Program-made: the position numbers and the translations under genes
The notes under the pieces: model-generated
Database searches by the model: none
What the model was told of the DNA's origin: nothing
Seen by the model: the letters and a program-made list of their open reading frames with translations, nothing else
From: Candidatus Nanopelagicales bacterium
Lineage (GTDB): Bacteria > Actinomycetota > Actinomycetes > S36-B12 > UBA5976
Length of the DNA stretch: 64,000 bases
Assembly: GCA_041687715.1 (NCBI GenBank)
Contig: JBDNJO010000001.1
Coordinates: 6 to 64,005 of the forward strand
Direction: 5' to 3'
In this document: one piece after another, positions 1-9,958 of the stretch
Layout of the letters: every line of letters begins with the position of its first letter
Position numbering within the stretch: the stretch's first letter is position 1

Positions 1-1
1 A

Positions 2-2188
2 TGCGTGTCTTGTGGTGCTTGCGTGCAGGCTTGCCCAACTGCAACGCTGCAAGAAAAATCTGTCATTGATTTAGGTATGCCAACTCGGACAGTAGAAACA
101 ACTTGTGCTTACTGCGGAGTCGGCTGCTCATTCAATGCTGAATTGCGCGGCGATGAATTAATTCGAATGGTGCCAACAAAAACTGGTGGGGCGAATGAAG
201 GCCACAGCTGCGTAAAGGGACGATTTGCCTGGGGATATGCCTCACACAACGACAGAATTACCACGCCAATGCTGCGCGAAAAGATAACTGACGAGTGGCG
301 AGTGGTTTCTTGGGATGAAGCAATTCAATTTACCGCTTCAAAGTTTAAAGCCATTCAAGAAAAGTATGGCGACAATAGCATTGGTGGAATTTCATCATCA
401 CGTTGTACCAATGAAGAGATCTTTGTTGTGCAAAAGATGGTTCGCGCAGCATTTGGAAATAACAACATCGACACTTGTGCACGAGTTTGCCACTCACCAA
501 CTGGCTATGGCTTAAGTACAACTTTTGGAACATCAGCTGGAACTCAGGACTTTAAATCAGTTGCCCACTCTGATGTCATTGTTGTTATTGGCGCAAACGT
601 AACGGACGCGCATCCAGTGTTTGCATCACGCATGAAGCGAAGAATTCGCGCTGGCGCGAAATTGATTGTTATTGATCCGCGCAAAATTGATCTTGTTGAG
701 TCAGCTCACATTAAAGCTGACTACCACTTGCCGCTTCAGCCAGGAACAAACGTTGCGGTAATTAATGCGATTGCCCATGTGATTGCTACTGAAGGTTTAA
801 TTGACGAAGAGTTTGTGGCCGAGCGCTGCGATCCAGGTCCGTTCAAGCGCTGGCGAACCTTTATCGAACTTCCAGAGAATAGCCCAGAAGTTGTGGCTGC
901 CCAATCTGGAGTTCCAGCAGAACTGATCCGAGAAGCTGCTCGGATGTATGCCGCTGGAAATAACTCAGCAATTTACTATGGCCTTGGCGTCACTGAGCAT
1001 TCACAGGGTTCCACCATGGTTATGGGTATGGCTAACTTGGCGATGGCAACTGGAAACATTGGTCGTGACGGAGTTGGTATCAATCCACTGCGCGGCCAAA
1101 ACAATGTGCAAGGTGCTTGCGACATGGGTTCGTTCCCACATGAACTTTCGGGATACCGACATGTTTCTGACAACGCAGTCCGCGAACAATTTGAAATGTT
1201 ATGGGACGTCAAGTTGCTACCAGATCCTGGAATGCGCATTCCAAACATGTTCGATAACGCAATATCTGGAGAGTTCCGCGGAATTTTTGTTCATGGCGAG
1301 GACATTGCCCAATCTGATCCAAACGTTAAGCACGTCTACCGAGCACTTGAGTCAATGGACCTTGTTGTGGTGCAAGATTTATTCTTAAATGAAACCTCAA
1401 AGTTTGCCCATGTTTTCTTGCCTGGAACATCATTTTTGGAAAAAGATGGCACCTTTACTAATGCGGAGCGTCGAATCAATCGCGTGCGACCGGTAATGGC
1501 TCCCCGCAACGGTAAGCAAGAGTGGCAGATAATTTGCGAGATAGCGCAAGCCATGGGTTATGAAATGCACTACGAAAACTCCGCGCAAATTATGGATGAA
1601 ATTGCCCAGATCACTCCAACATTCAAGGGTGTGAGCTTTGCGATGCTTGATGAGGTAGGCAGCGTGCAGTGGCCATGCAATGACGCGGCTCCGACCGGAA
1701 CTCCAATCATGCACATCGATAATTTCGTTCGTGGCCAGGGTCAGTTCATGGAAACGCCATTTGTACCAACGGAAGAGCGCTCAAATCGTAAGTTCCCACT
1801 GTTACTAACAACTGGGCGAATTTTGAGTCAGTACAACGTCGGCGCGCAAACTCGGCGAACTAAGAACACCACTTGGCACACTGAAGATTTACTGGAAATA
1901 CATGAAGCAGATGCAGCCATGCGTGGCATCGTCGATGGCCAGAAAATCGCAGTCACAAGCCGTATTGGCGAAACGATTTTAACAGCTCTCGTTACGGAGC
2001 GAGTCCCAGTTGGTGTGGTTCATACAACTTTTCACCATCCACAAAGTGGTGCGAATGTAATTACAACTGAATACTCAGACTGGGCGACAAATTGCCCAGA
2101 GTACAAAGTGACTGCAGTGGAAATTCGTCCAGCAGAATCAAGTGCTCCTGCTACGAACACCCTTGACGAAGTATTAGCAAAGGTCTAG
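2..2188 (+). CDS. fdsA: Formate dehydrogenase catalytic (alpha) subunit, Mo-bisPGD enzyme; 5'-truncated by window edge
   Basis: The frame is open to the window start. It begins inside a ferredoxin motif (CVSCGACVQACP), then has the MopB 4Fe-4S motif CAYCGVGCS. The active-site segment CARVCHSPTG has Cys and there is no in-frame TGA. fdsD, mobA and fdhD are neighbours. Confidence 0.85.
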   Translation, partial: CVSCGACVQACPTATLQEKSVIDLGMPTRTVETTCAYCGVGCSFNAELRGDELIRMVPTKTGGANEGHSCVKGRFAWGYASHNDRITTPMLREKITDEWRVVSWDEAIQFTASKFKAIQEKYGDNSIGGISSSRCTNEEIFVVQKMVRAAFGNNNIDTCARVCHSPTGYGLSTTFGTSAGTQDFKSVAHSDVIVVIGANVTDAHPVFASRMKRRIRAGAKLIVIDPRKIDLVESAHIKADYHLPLQPGTNVAVINAIAHVIATEGLIDEEFVAERCDPGPFKRWRTFIELPENSPEVVAAQSGVPAELIREAARMYAAGNNSAIYYGLGVTEHSQGSTMVMGMANLAMATGNIGRDGVGINPLRGQNNVQGACDMGSFPHELSGYRHVSDNAVREQFEMLWDVKLLPDPGMRIPNMFDNAISGEFRGIFVHGEDIAQSDPNVKHVYRALESMDLVVVQDLFLNETSKFAHVFLPGTSFLEKDGTFTNAERRINRVRPVMAPRNGKQEWQIICEIAQAMGYEMHYENSAQIMDEIAQITPTFKGVSFAMLDEVGSVQWPCNDAAPTGTPIMHIDNFVRGQGQFMETPFVPTEERSNRKFPLLLTTGRILSQYNVGAQTRRTKNTTWHTEDLLEIHEADAAMRGIVDGQKIAVTSRIGETILTALVTERVPVGVVHTTFHHPQSGANVITTEYSDWATNCPEYKVTAVEIRPAESSAPATNTLDEVLAKV

Positions 2189-2190
2189 TA

Positions 2191-2406
2191 ATGGATGTAG
2201 CAATACTGACTCGCATGGCTGAGCAAATTGAACGTAACATCCCAGTTCATGAGGAAACTTACTTGCGGATTTCAGAACACTTAGTTAAATTCTGGACACC
2301 ACAAATGCGTTCTGATTTTTATCAGCAGGTATCAAAAAATCGTGAGGATTTCAGTGCAACTTTAAATAAGGTTGCGGATGAACTTAGAGCAAGGGCTAAT
2401 GCTTAA
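2191..2406 (+). CDS. fdsD: Formate dehydrogenase delta subunit (FdsD-like), 71 aa
   Basis: Small ORF 2 nt after fdsA. The ISEHLVKFWTPQMR segment resembles the FdsD family FW-P-MR signature, and the position matches fdsGBACD-type operons. Confidence 0.6.
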   Translation: MDVAILTRMAEQIERNIPVHEETYLRISEHLVKFWTPQMRSDFYQQVSKNREDFSATLNKVADELRARANA

Positions 2407-3581
2407 TTAGTTCGCCAAGGCAATTGCAAAATCCTAATTAAAGTTCCAGCGGGATTCTCTCCGGGAGAAATTACTGCCAAACCATCTGCATGCGAAAGTC
2501 CGCGTAACATCGCTGAACCTCGGAACTGAGTTAGTTGCGCTTTACCAGAACCAAGCATTACTGGAACCACGCGAGTTCGGTCACATGGATAATCAAGTTC
2601 AAGTTGGATTTTTGTCATCCGGAAATTTTCTTGGCCAGAAAGACCGCGAAGAGCTGGGGCAACGATGGTCAAAAAACTAACAAGCGCCGCAAGTGGATTA
2701 CCAGGAAGACCAGCTACGAGTTGTCCGTTAGGTAATTTTGCAAGCAATGAAGGGTGTCCTGGGCGCATTAAAATTTCATCGATAACGTAGGTGGCATTTA
2801 ATTCCAAAAGCGCAGTTCGTAAGTAGTCACGTTCGCCATGTGAGCTGCCACCAGTCACAACAATAATTTCGCCAGCACTATCTGACAGCAAGCTTTTAAG
2901 TTGCGCAAGATCATCTGGACAATTAACGCTTGAGCTCACACTCGCCCCAAGGTATTCGACCCAAGCAGAGACTTGCACGGTAAGTGAATCGCGAATCTGA
3001 CCAAGTTCAGGTTCACCGCTAGAAACTAATTCACTACCTGTGACAATTATTGAAACTGCTGCTTGGCCATAAACCAAGACTTCATCAATCTGAGAACTGC
3101 TTGCCAGGCCCATCACAGCGGGAGTAAGCAGGGTTCCGGCTGCAGCAATAACTTCGCCCGCTTCGGCTTCATCACCAGGAGAGCGAATGTGCTGTCCTGG
3201 TGTGAAGGAATTTTTACTTGCAACGGATCCGTCAAAAATACTTGCGAGTTCTTGGGGAATTACAAACGAGCAGTGCGGTGGTAGATGTGCGCCCGTACTT
3301 ACTTTTAGTGCGCATCCGGAATCCAAATAAGGTAGGTAGCTGCCGGCATGAAGTTCGCCAATGATGTTCCATGGCCCTGGACCGAATACTGCATAACCGT
3401 CCATCATCGCGGTGTGGGCAGGTGGCAGCGAGATTTGGGAAACAAGATCTTGCGCGAGAACTTGATTTAGCCCCGCGGACAAAGGCAGCAAAATTGCAGG
3501 CTGCGCAACCACGGATTGACTGCTCAGGGCAACGGCTAAATCCCATTCCACATTGTGATTATTGTCCCCAGCCATAGACAT
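2403..3581 (-). CDS. moeA: Molybdopterin molybdenumtransferase MoeA
   Basis: 392 aa with the MMDGYAV motif and MoeA-like domain order. It lies within the FDH/Moco cluster. Its stop overlaps the fdsD stop in TTAA. Confidence 0.85.
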   Translation of the reverse strand: MSMAGDNNHNVEWDLAVALSSQSVVAQPAILLPLSAGLNQVLAQDLVSQISLPPAHTAMMDGYAVFGPGPWNIIGELHAGSYLPYLDSGCALKVSTGAHLPPHCSFVIPQELASIFDGSVASKNSFTPGQHIRSPGDEAEAGEVIAAAGTLLTPAVMGLASSSQIDEVLVYGQAAVSIIVTGSELVSSGEPELGQIRDSLTVQVSAWVEYLGASVSSSVNCPDDLAQLKSLLSDSAGEIIVVTGGSSHGERDYLRTALLELNATYVIDEILMRPGHPSLLAKLPNGQLVAGLPGNPLAALVSFLTIVAPALRGLSGQENFRMTKIQLELDYPCDRTRVVPVMLGSGKAQLTQFRGSAMLRGLSHADGLAVISPGENPAGTLIRILQLPWRTN

Positions 3582-3614
3582 AATCTACCGAACCCATGTC
3601 ATGCTTTAGACCTG

Positions 3615-4436
3615 ATGAATAACGTTGATTCCATAATTGTTGCCGGCGGTAAAGCCTCGCGTCTTGGTGGAATTGATAAAGCACTATTGCCATTTGGAGC
3701 CGCTGGTAACACCTTGCTAGTAGATGCAGTAGGGGCCTGCCCAGGTCGAGTTTTTGTAGTGGGTTTACCGCGCGATATCGCCAGTGCATCAATGTCGAAG
3801 GTGATTTGGGTTCCTGACTTAAATCCAGCTGGCGGACCAGCTGCGGGAATCTGGTCAGGGTTGGAACTGGTAGTCACCGACTATGTATTTATTTCGGCGG
3901 GAGATCAAACTCTTGATTCAGCGACAGTTACTGCAATCATCGAAAGCGCCCGTGACAATGATGGCGCTTGGGCAATCCGCGAAGATGGTTTAGGTCAGCC
4001 ACTTTGCGCTTGTGTTCGAACGGAACTTATTAAGGATTTGCTTGCGCCCACTCAAGGAGTGAATCTATCTCCGCTACGACTACTTTCGACTTTGAATATG
4101 GTCGGCGTTAGTGTGAAACCAGGTCAGGTAAAAGATTTTGATACCTGGACGGATGTTGCGGCAGCAGCCAAGAGGAGCGAATCAATGGATCAAATAACGC
4201 AAATGTGGTTAGCGCGAGTTGCTGCAGTGTTAGAAGTTGATCAACACGAGCTCCCAATCGAGCAACTGCTTGACTTAACGCGCGAGGTCGCGCACGGCGT
4301 CGAGCGCAAGTCTGCTCCGTTAACAACTTACTTACTGGGTTACGTAGCTGGGAAAAAGTCATCAACAGCAACGGAAGTTATAGATCTAATTAATCATCTA
4401 TCCAACGCAGTGCAGGATTGGGAAACCGTTGACTAG
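3615..4436 (+). CDS. mobA: Molybdenum cofactor guanylyltransferase MobA with a C-terminal DUF6457-like extension
   Basis: N-terminus MNNVDSIIVAGGKASRLGGIDKALLP is the MobA nucleotide-binding motif. The start was moved from 3555 to ATG 3615. A C-terminal helical domain of about 90 aa (DQITQMWLARVAAVLEV...) resembles those fused to or adjacent to actinobacterial mobA. Confidence 0.75.
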   Translation: MNNVDSIIVAGGKASRLGGIDKALLPFGAAGNTLLVDAVGACPGRVFVVGLPRDIASASMSKVIWVPDLNPAGGPAAGIWSGLELVVTDYVFISAGDQTLDSATVTAIIESARDNDGAWAIREDGLGQPLCACVRTELIKDLLAPTQGVNLSPLRLLSTLNMVGVSVKPGQVKDFDTWTDVAAAAKRSESMDQITQMWLARVAAVLEVDQHELPIEQLLDLTREVAHGVERKSAPLTTYLLGYVAGKKSSTATEVIDLINHLSNAVQDWETVD

Positions 4437-5256
4437 CCACGAGCCAATTTCAGCTACCCAGCGCATCCAAGTTTCAAAGACGCAAGATGAAACAAGTATT
4501 AGCGATTACGTTGTTGGGGAAGAGCCGCTTGAAATTCGAATTGATGGTGGGGCAGGATTACAACAACTCGCAATAACAATGCGCACGCCTGGCGCGGACA
4601 TTGAATTGGGAGCTGGTTTTTTGTGGTCCGAAGGTTTATTACGAAATCGCGAAGACTTAATTGGGATTACAACTTGTAAAGATAAAGAATTATCGCCACG
4701 CGAACAGGAAAATGTAATTGTCGCGCAAGTTGTTGCTGATGCACCTGCGGTTACCCGAACAATGGAGCGAAGATTTACTATTTCTAGTGCGTGTGGAGTG
4801 TGCGGCTCAACACACATCAGTGATTTACGCGAGCGCGGTTGTCAGAATGTAATAGCGCCTGGATTAAATGATCTGGAGTTAGCAAAACTACCAGATCTCA
4901 TGCGTCCTATGCAAAAGATATTTGATAAAACCGGTGGCCTTCATGCCGCTGGGTTGTTTGACCAAACTGGAAATTTAATTGTGGTGCGCGAAGATGTTGG
5001 CCGCCATAATGCCGTGGATAAAGTTATTGGTTATGCCTTAATGCATGACCTGTTGCCGCTATCTGGTTACTCACTTGCTATTTCTAGCCGTGGCGGATTT
5101 GAAATAATTCAAAAAGCAATTGCAGCTGGTATTTCTGCTGTTGTTGCCGTCTCTGCCCCAACGTCACTTGCAGTTGAGACTGCTCGCGAGTTTGGATTAA
5201 CTTTGCTTGGATTTACCCGAAATGGAACCGCGACTAAGTATTCGCCCTCGTCTTAA
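4429..5256 (+). CDS. fdhD: Formate dehydrogenase accessory sulfurtransferase FdhD
   Basis: 275 aa with the GRHNAVDKVIGY motif and SSACGVCG cysteines. The TTG start overlaps the mobA stop by 8 nt. Confidence 0.85.
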   Translation: MTSHEPISATQRIQVSKTQDETSISDYVVGEEPLEIRIDGGAGLQQLAITMRTPGADIELGAGFLWSEGLLRNREDLIGITTCKDKELSPREQENVIVAQVVADAPAVTRTMERRFTISSACGVCGSTHISDLRERGCQNVIAPGLNDLELAKLPDLMRPMQKIFDKTGGLHAAGLFDQTGNLIVVREDVGRHNAVDKVIGYALMHDLLPLSGYSLAISSRGGFEIIQKAIAAGISAVVAVSAPTSLAVETAREFGLTLLGFTRNGTATKYSPSS

Positions 5257-5316
5257 TTTTGCTGTAGTTAGCGTGAGATAGGTCACTATGACCACCTTTA
5301 TGCAACTGCAAAGAAC

Positions 5317-5345
5317 TTGCAATAAGGTCAAAATCTGGATAGAGT
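5317..5345 (+). promoter_or_regulatory. Putative sigma-70-type promoter giving a leaderless transcript of the metal-uptake operon
   Basis: TTGCAA (5317-5322), 17-nt spacer, TAGAGT (5340-5345). The -10 ends 6 nt before ATG 5352, and there is no SD in between. Confidence 0.3.
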
Positions 5346-5351
5346 TTGGAT

Positions 5352-6362
5352 ATGAAGAGGTTATTTACTCAGTCTTTACTCGTTTTTACAGTGCTTGCTC
5401 TTTCAGCCTGCTCAACGGGAACCGGCACCACATCTGGTGATTTCACTCCAGAAGATACCCGGCCATTGATTGCAACGACAGTTTCGCCAATCACATCTAT
5501 TGCAAGTGCGATCGCTGGCGACCGGGCTCGGATTGAGGGCATAGTTCCAGAAGGAACAAATAGTCACACCTTCGAGCCAGCTCCGCAGGTTGCCAAATTG
5601 CTTAGCGATGCTGATTTGATTTTTGTAAACGGCCTCAAGCTGGAAGACCCAACGATTGATTTAGCTCTGGCTAACAAAAAACCAGACACCCAAATTGTAG
5701 AACTGGGTACCTTGGTTCTGCCCGAGGCTGATTACATTTATGACTTTTCCTTTCCAGAAGAAGGGGGCAAGCCAAACCCTCACCTATGGACCGATCCAAG
5801 TTATGCAATTAAGTATGCAGAAGTTATTAAGAATGAGATTTCAAAGTTAGATCCAAACAACGCTGCTTATTACGCAGATAACTTCGAAGTTTTTAGTAAG
5901 CAAGCTACTGAACTTGGCGAGGCCGTAGCAGCTGACCAAAAAAGTGTTGCAGCCGGTGATCTGAAGTTACTTACTTACCATGATGCTTATGCCTACTTTG
6001 CTAAAAACTATGGCTGGACTGTGATCGGCGCTCTGCAGCCGCAAGATTTTGGTGACCCATCGCCTTTGGAAGTGGCCAAACTTATTGACCAAGTAAAGAG
6101 CCTTCAGGTAAAAACAATCTTTGGATCTGAAGTGTTTCCATCAGCCGTGCTGGAAGAGGTCGGAAAAGCTACTGGCGCTCGCTATGAAGATTCACTTCGA
6201 GATGATGATCTGCCAGGAACAACTGGAGATCCTGAGCACTCGTGGTTAGGGCTCATGAAGTACAACTATCGAACGATGATTACTGGGCTTGGCGGAACAA
6301 CTCCAAGTCTCGATGCGATCGTAGTATCCCCAAGGACTGACAATGCTGTTTATCCCCAGTAA
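5352..6362 (+). CDS. Metal (Zn/Mn) ABC transporter substrate-binding lipoprotein, ZnuA/TroA family
   Basis: Lipobox LALSAC and the NPHLWTDP motif typical of cluster A-I metal-binding proteins. ATPase and permease genes follow. The ORF track starts at TTG 5346; ATG 5352 is preferred. Confidence 0.8.
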   Translation: MKRLFTQSLLVFTVLALSACSTGTGTTSGDFTPEDTRPLIATTVSPITSIASAIAGDRARIEGIVPEGTNSHTFEPAPQVAKLLSDADLIFVNGLKLEDPTIDLALANKKPDTQIVELGTLVLPEADYIYDFSFPEEGGKPNPHLWTDPSYAIKYAEVIKNEISKLDPNNAAYYADNFEVFSKQATELGEAVAADQKSVAAGDLKLLTYHDAYAYFAKNYGWTVIGALQPQDFGDPSPLEVAKLIDQVKSLQVKTIFGSEVFPSAVLEEVGKATGARYEDSLRDDDLPGTTGDPEHSWLGLMKYNYRTMITGLGGTTPSLDAIVVSPRTDNAVYPQ

Positions 6363-6375
6363 GGAAGTGGTCTAG

Positions 6376-7161
6376 TTGACTGGAACCGGAGTAGGCCCTG
6401 AACTCATCCGATTAGACAGCGTCACTGCTGGCTATGATCGTGGAATTGTTCTGGAAGATGTTTCATTTCATATTCATGAAGATCAATTCACGGGAATCGT
6501 CGGTCCTTCAGGTGCTGGAAAAACCACGTTACTTCGGCTTTGTCTCAATACTTTGGTTCCAAAGTCTGGAACAGTTTGGCGCACACCGGATCTTCGGGTG
6601 GCCTATGTTCCGCAGCTAGAGACAGTGAACTGGAATTTTCCAATCACCGTTTTTGATTGTGTTTTAATGTCGCGCGAATCTTCTCGAATTCGCCCTTGGG
6701 CAAGTGCTCGGGAACAGAAGAGTGTCTCAGCCGTTCTTGAGCGCTTGGGTATCCACGAGTTAGCGAACCGACAGATCCGCGAGCTATCTGGTGGTCAACA
6801 GCAACGAATGTTCTTGGCGCGCGCGCTGCTGAGGCAACCCCAGGTGTTACTTCTAGATGAACCAACAAGTGGTGTCGACATTTCAACGCGCCATGACATC
6901 TTGCACCTACTAGCTGACTTGCATGAGGATGGTGTTGCAATTGTGCTCACAACACATGATCTAAATGGAATTGCAACCCACTTGCCGCACCTTGTCTGCG
7001 TGAATCACAAAATTGTAGGAGAAGGAACTCCGAGCGAAGTAATGACATCAGCAGTTCTAGAGCGAACTTTTGGTGCGCGTATGGACGTGTTAGAACATCT
7101 TGGAGTTCGTTTGGTTGTAGATCAATCTCCATCCTCTGAAGTATTTGAATCAAGGATTTAA
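6376..7161 (+). CDS. Metal ABC transporter ATP-binding protein
   Basis: Walker A GPSGAGKTT, signature LSGGQQQR and Walker B LLLDEPTSGVD. Confidence 0.85.
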   Translation: MTGTGVGPELIRLDSVTAGYDRGIVLEDVSFHIHEDQFTGIVGPSGAGKTTLLRLCLNTLVPKSGTVWRTPDLRVAYVPQLETVNWNFPITVFDCVLMSRESSRIRPWASAREQKSVSAVLERLGIHELANRQIRELSGGQQQRMFLARALLRQPQVLLLDEPTSGVDISTRHDILHLLADLHEDGVAIVLTTHDLNGIATHLPHLVCVNHKIVGEGTPSEVMTSAVLERTFGARMDVLEHLGVRLVVDQSPSSEVFESRI

Positions 7162-8038
7162 TGTGGAAACTCTTCTCGAGCCGTTAAGTTATGCATTCTT
7201 TCAAAAGGGATTATTTGTCGCCACACTCTCTGGTGCGTTACTCGGCCTAATAGGCGTATTCATTGTGCTTCGTGGAATGAGTTACATCGGACATGGACTG
7301 TCACATTCAATTTTTGGTGGCTTTGCGGCAATGCAGTTGTTCGCCGCACAGTTTTATGCGCTTGGCGCAGGGCTCTGGGGAATAGCATCAGCGCTCGCTA
7401 TTACCTCTGTTACTAAGCGCAGCAAGTTAGGCGCCGATGCAGCAATTGGAGTAATTACGATTGCGTCTTTTGCTCTAGGTGTTGCGCTGTTTTCTAAATT
7501 TGGTACCAGTGGTCCATCATTTGAGAATGCGCTCTTTGGCAGCATTCTTGGGATTGATACCCAACAAATAATTGGACTGGTTGTTGTTAGCGCCTTAACT
7601 TCGTTTTTTGTATTTTTGCGGTACCGGGCACTTCTTTTTAGCACTTTTGATCCAGACGTGGCAGCAGTATCTGGTGTAAATGTTGGTCGCATTGAAGCAG
7701 CGTTAATGATCATCCTTTCCCTTGCAATCTTGGCGACACTGACGGTGATTGGTGTAACACTCGTTGCTGCCATGTTGGTGATACCTGCAGTTATTGCACG
7801 GATGTTGACGGATTCATTTGGACGCATGCTTGCATACAGCACAATTATTGGATCTGCTTGTGGACTTATTGGAATGTATTTGAGTTACTACGCAGATGTT
7901 CCCTCAGGAACCATGATTGTTCTGGTAGGCGCATCGCTCTTTATAGTTGTTCTTGGCATAACGGGAAGTCTTGGCCGGCAAAGATCTGCTGGCTTGGATA
8001 GTCACACCGAAGTTTTGGTTACCTTAAAAGCAAAGTAA
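7145..8038 (+). CDS. Metal ABC transporter permease (ZnuB/MntC/TroC family)
   Basis: 297-aa polytopic membrane protein that overlaps the ATPase gene. An alternative in-frame GTG start lies at 7163. Confidence 0.85.
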   Translation: MNQGFNVETLLEPLSYAFFQKGLFVATLSGALLGLIGVFIVLRGMSYIGHGLSHSIFGGFAAMQLFAAQFYALGAGLWGIASALAITSVTKRSKLGADAAIGVITIASFALGVALFSKFGTSGPSFENALFGSILGIDTQQIIGLVVVSALTSFFVFLRYRALLFSTFDPDVAAVSGVNVGRIEAALMIILSLAILATLTVIGVTLVAAMLVIPAVIARMLTDSFGRMLAYSTIIGSACGLIGMYLSYYADVPSGTMIVLVGASLFIVVLGITGSLGRQRSAGLDSHTEVLVTLKAK

Positions 8039-8070
8039 TTAACTCTGCTGAAAAGTTATCAGTCGTACCT

Positions 8071-8147
8071 TGGGGTGAGTGACGGGACTTGAACCCGCGG
8101 CGTCCTGGACCACAACCAGGTGCTCTACCAGCTGAGCTACACCCACC
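8071..8147 (-). tRNA. tRNA-His (anticodon GTG)
   Basis: The reverse complement folds as a cloverleaf. The anticodon stem is CCTGG/CCAGG with loop TTGTGGT. An encoded G-1 pairs with discriminator C73, and CCA is encoded. Confidence 0.9.
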
Positions 8148-8210
8148 ATGTTGATTCAAGATTTCTCTTGCGACAACGGTCCCCATCCTATTCTGGGAAG
8201 TTGCATGGGG

Positions 8211-8822
8211 CTAATTTGGTGCGTGACGGGCTGCGATCTCTTTTGCCTTTGTACCATCTGGTCCAGGAAGTTCGACGAAGACTGCGTCGCGGTAGTACTT
8301 CAACTCATTTATTGAGTCCAAGATGTCGCCAAGTGCGCGATGGTTTCCAGTTTTAGGAGGACTAGCAAAGTAGGCCTTTGGGTACCACCGGCGCGCTAAT
8401 TCTTTAACGCTCGAAACGTCAATGATTCGATAATGCAAATACGAATCCACGCGCGGCATATCCCGTTGTAAGAAAATTCGATCTACGTGAACACTTGATC
8501 CAGCAAGTGGCGCCTTACTTGCCTCAGGGATGTGAGAAGTGATGTAGTCAAAAAGTAATTCTTCGGCCACTTCCAGAGTCACACCATTTGGAATCTCTGG
8601 AAGTAAACCAGACTCCGTATGCATGTTTACGACAAATGGATCCATAGTTTCTAGGCGTTCCACGGGGGCTTGGATAACAATGTTTAAGCCCTCAGTTACT
8701 TGTTCAAGTTGGGCATTAGTTATGACACAGGCTATTTCCACGAGTAAATCATTTTTGAAATCTAAGCCAGTCATTTCGCAATCAATCCAAACGATGCGAT
8801 CAGATGCGTTGTTTTCCACCAT
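8211..8822 (-). CDS. orn: Oligoribonuclease
   Basis: 203 aa. VWIDCEMTGLD is the DEDDh exonuclease motif I, and HRALGDI is near the C-terminus. orn beside tRNA-His is typical of Actinobacteria. Confidence 0.9.
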   Translation of the reverse strand: MVENNASDRIVWIDCEMTGLDFKNDLLVEIACVITNAQLEQVTEGLNIVIQAPVERLETMDPFVVNMHTESGLLPEIPNGVTLEVAEELLFDYITSHIPEASKAPLAGSSVHVDRIFLQRDMPRVDSYLHYRIIDVSSVKELARRWYPKAYFASPPKTGNHRALGDILDSINELKYYRDAVFVELPGPDGTKAKEIAARHAPN

Positions 8823-8899
8823 TGTCCAAGGGTATTAGTTATGCCCGACAAGTGAAGTTTGGGGGAGAAGTTCTCTAACAGCAGGAAGTAAAAGGAGGT

Positions 8900-9958
8900 T
8901 TGTCGTTAATTGCAAGATTTTCATCCAATAAACTAAGTGGCATGACACGTTATGGCACCATGTTCGGTCCGAATATCACATTCTTAGGCGTTGATGAATG
9001 TGATGTTGATTCGCCGCAGACTTACGCCGATGCTGATGTTGTAATCGTGGGTGCACCTTTTGACGGTGGTACTAGTTATCGATCGGGTGCCCGGTTTGGC
9101 CCTAAGGCCATGCGCGAAGCTTGCGTTTCCGAACACGACGGTTCTCGCCAGAGTATGGCGATGCGAGTGGATGGCCTTAAGGACCTACGGGTTTATGACA
9201 TGGGCGATGTTGAGATGTATTCCGGCGACATTAATAAATCTTGTGCGAGCTTAGAAAAAGTTGTTGAAAAAATTGCCGCATCAGGCGCGATTCCCTTAGT
9301 CCTCGGCGGTGACCACACAGTCACTTGGCCAAACGTCACAGGTGTCGCGCGTGGCGCTGACATGTGGGGGCGAGTTGGTGTAATTCACTTCGATGCCCAT
9401 GCTGATACCGGAGACATTCAGTTTGGATCACTAATTGGTCACGGTCAACCAATGCGACTGCTTCTTGAAAGTGGCGCAGTTCGCGGCGATCGTTTCATTC
9501 AAGTTGGGCTTCGCGGCTACTGGCCACCACCAGAAACTTTGGACTGGATGGCATCGCAAGGAATGCGCGCTTATGAAATGACTGAGATTACACATCGCGG
9601 CCTAAAAGAATGTATCGATGAAGCAATTGCAATCGCACTGACTGAGTGTGACGCGATTTACTTAAGTGTTGACATCGATGTAGTTGACCCAGGATCTGCG
9701 CCAGGAACTGGGACTCCGGAACCAGGCGGCCTAAGTTCTCGTGAACTCTTGGATACAGTTCGGCGCATGGCTTACGAGCTGCCGATCGTTGGTGTCGATG
9801 TAGTTGAGGTGAGTCCGCCTTATGATCACGCTGACATCACAGCAATATTAGGAAACCGAGTTGTCCTTGAAGTACTTTCAGGCATGGCTCGCCGTCGTAA
9901 AGATGCGCTAGATGGCACCACTTGGAATCCAGCCCAGCCACTTCTTGAAGGTCGCTAG
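8900..9958 (+). CDS. Agmatinase / guanidino-compound ureohydrolase (arginase fold)
   Basis: Canonical Mn-ligand motifs GGDHTVTWP, DAHADTGD and SVDIDVVDP. TTG start preceded by AAAGGAGG. Confidence 0.75.
   Translation: MSLIARFSSNKLSGMTRYGTMFGPNITFLGVDECDVDSPQTYADADVVIVGAPFDGGTSYRSGARFGPKAMREACVSEHDGSRQSMAMRVDGLKDLRVYDMGDVEMYSGDINKSCASLEKVVEKIAASGAIPLVLGGDHTVTWPNVTGVARGADMWGRVGVIHFDAHADTGDIQFGSLIGHGQPMRLLLESGAVRGDRFIQVGLRGYWPPPETLDWMASQGMRAYEMTEITHRGLKECIDEAIAIALTECDAIYLSVDIDVVDPGSAPGTGTPEPGGLSSRELLDTVRRMAYELPIVGVDVVEVSPPYDHADITAILGNRVVLEVLSGMARRRKDALDGTTWNPAQPLLEGR

Noticed and set aside
2-2188. Possible selenocysteine (in-frame TGA plus SECIS) in the formate dehydrogenase
   Set aside because: The reading frame is uninterrupted and the active-site position is a Cys codon (CARVCHS), so no recoding is needed.
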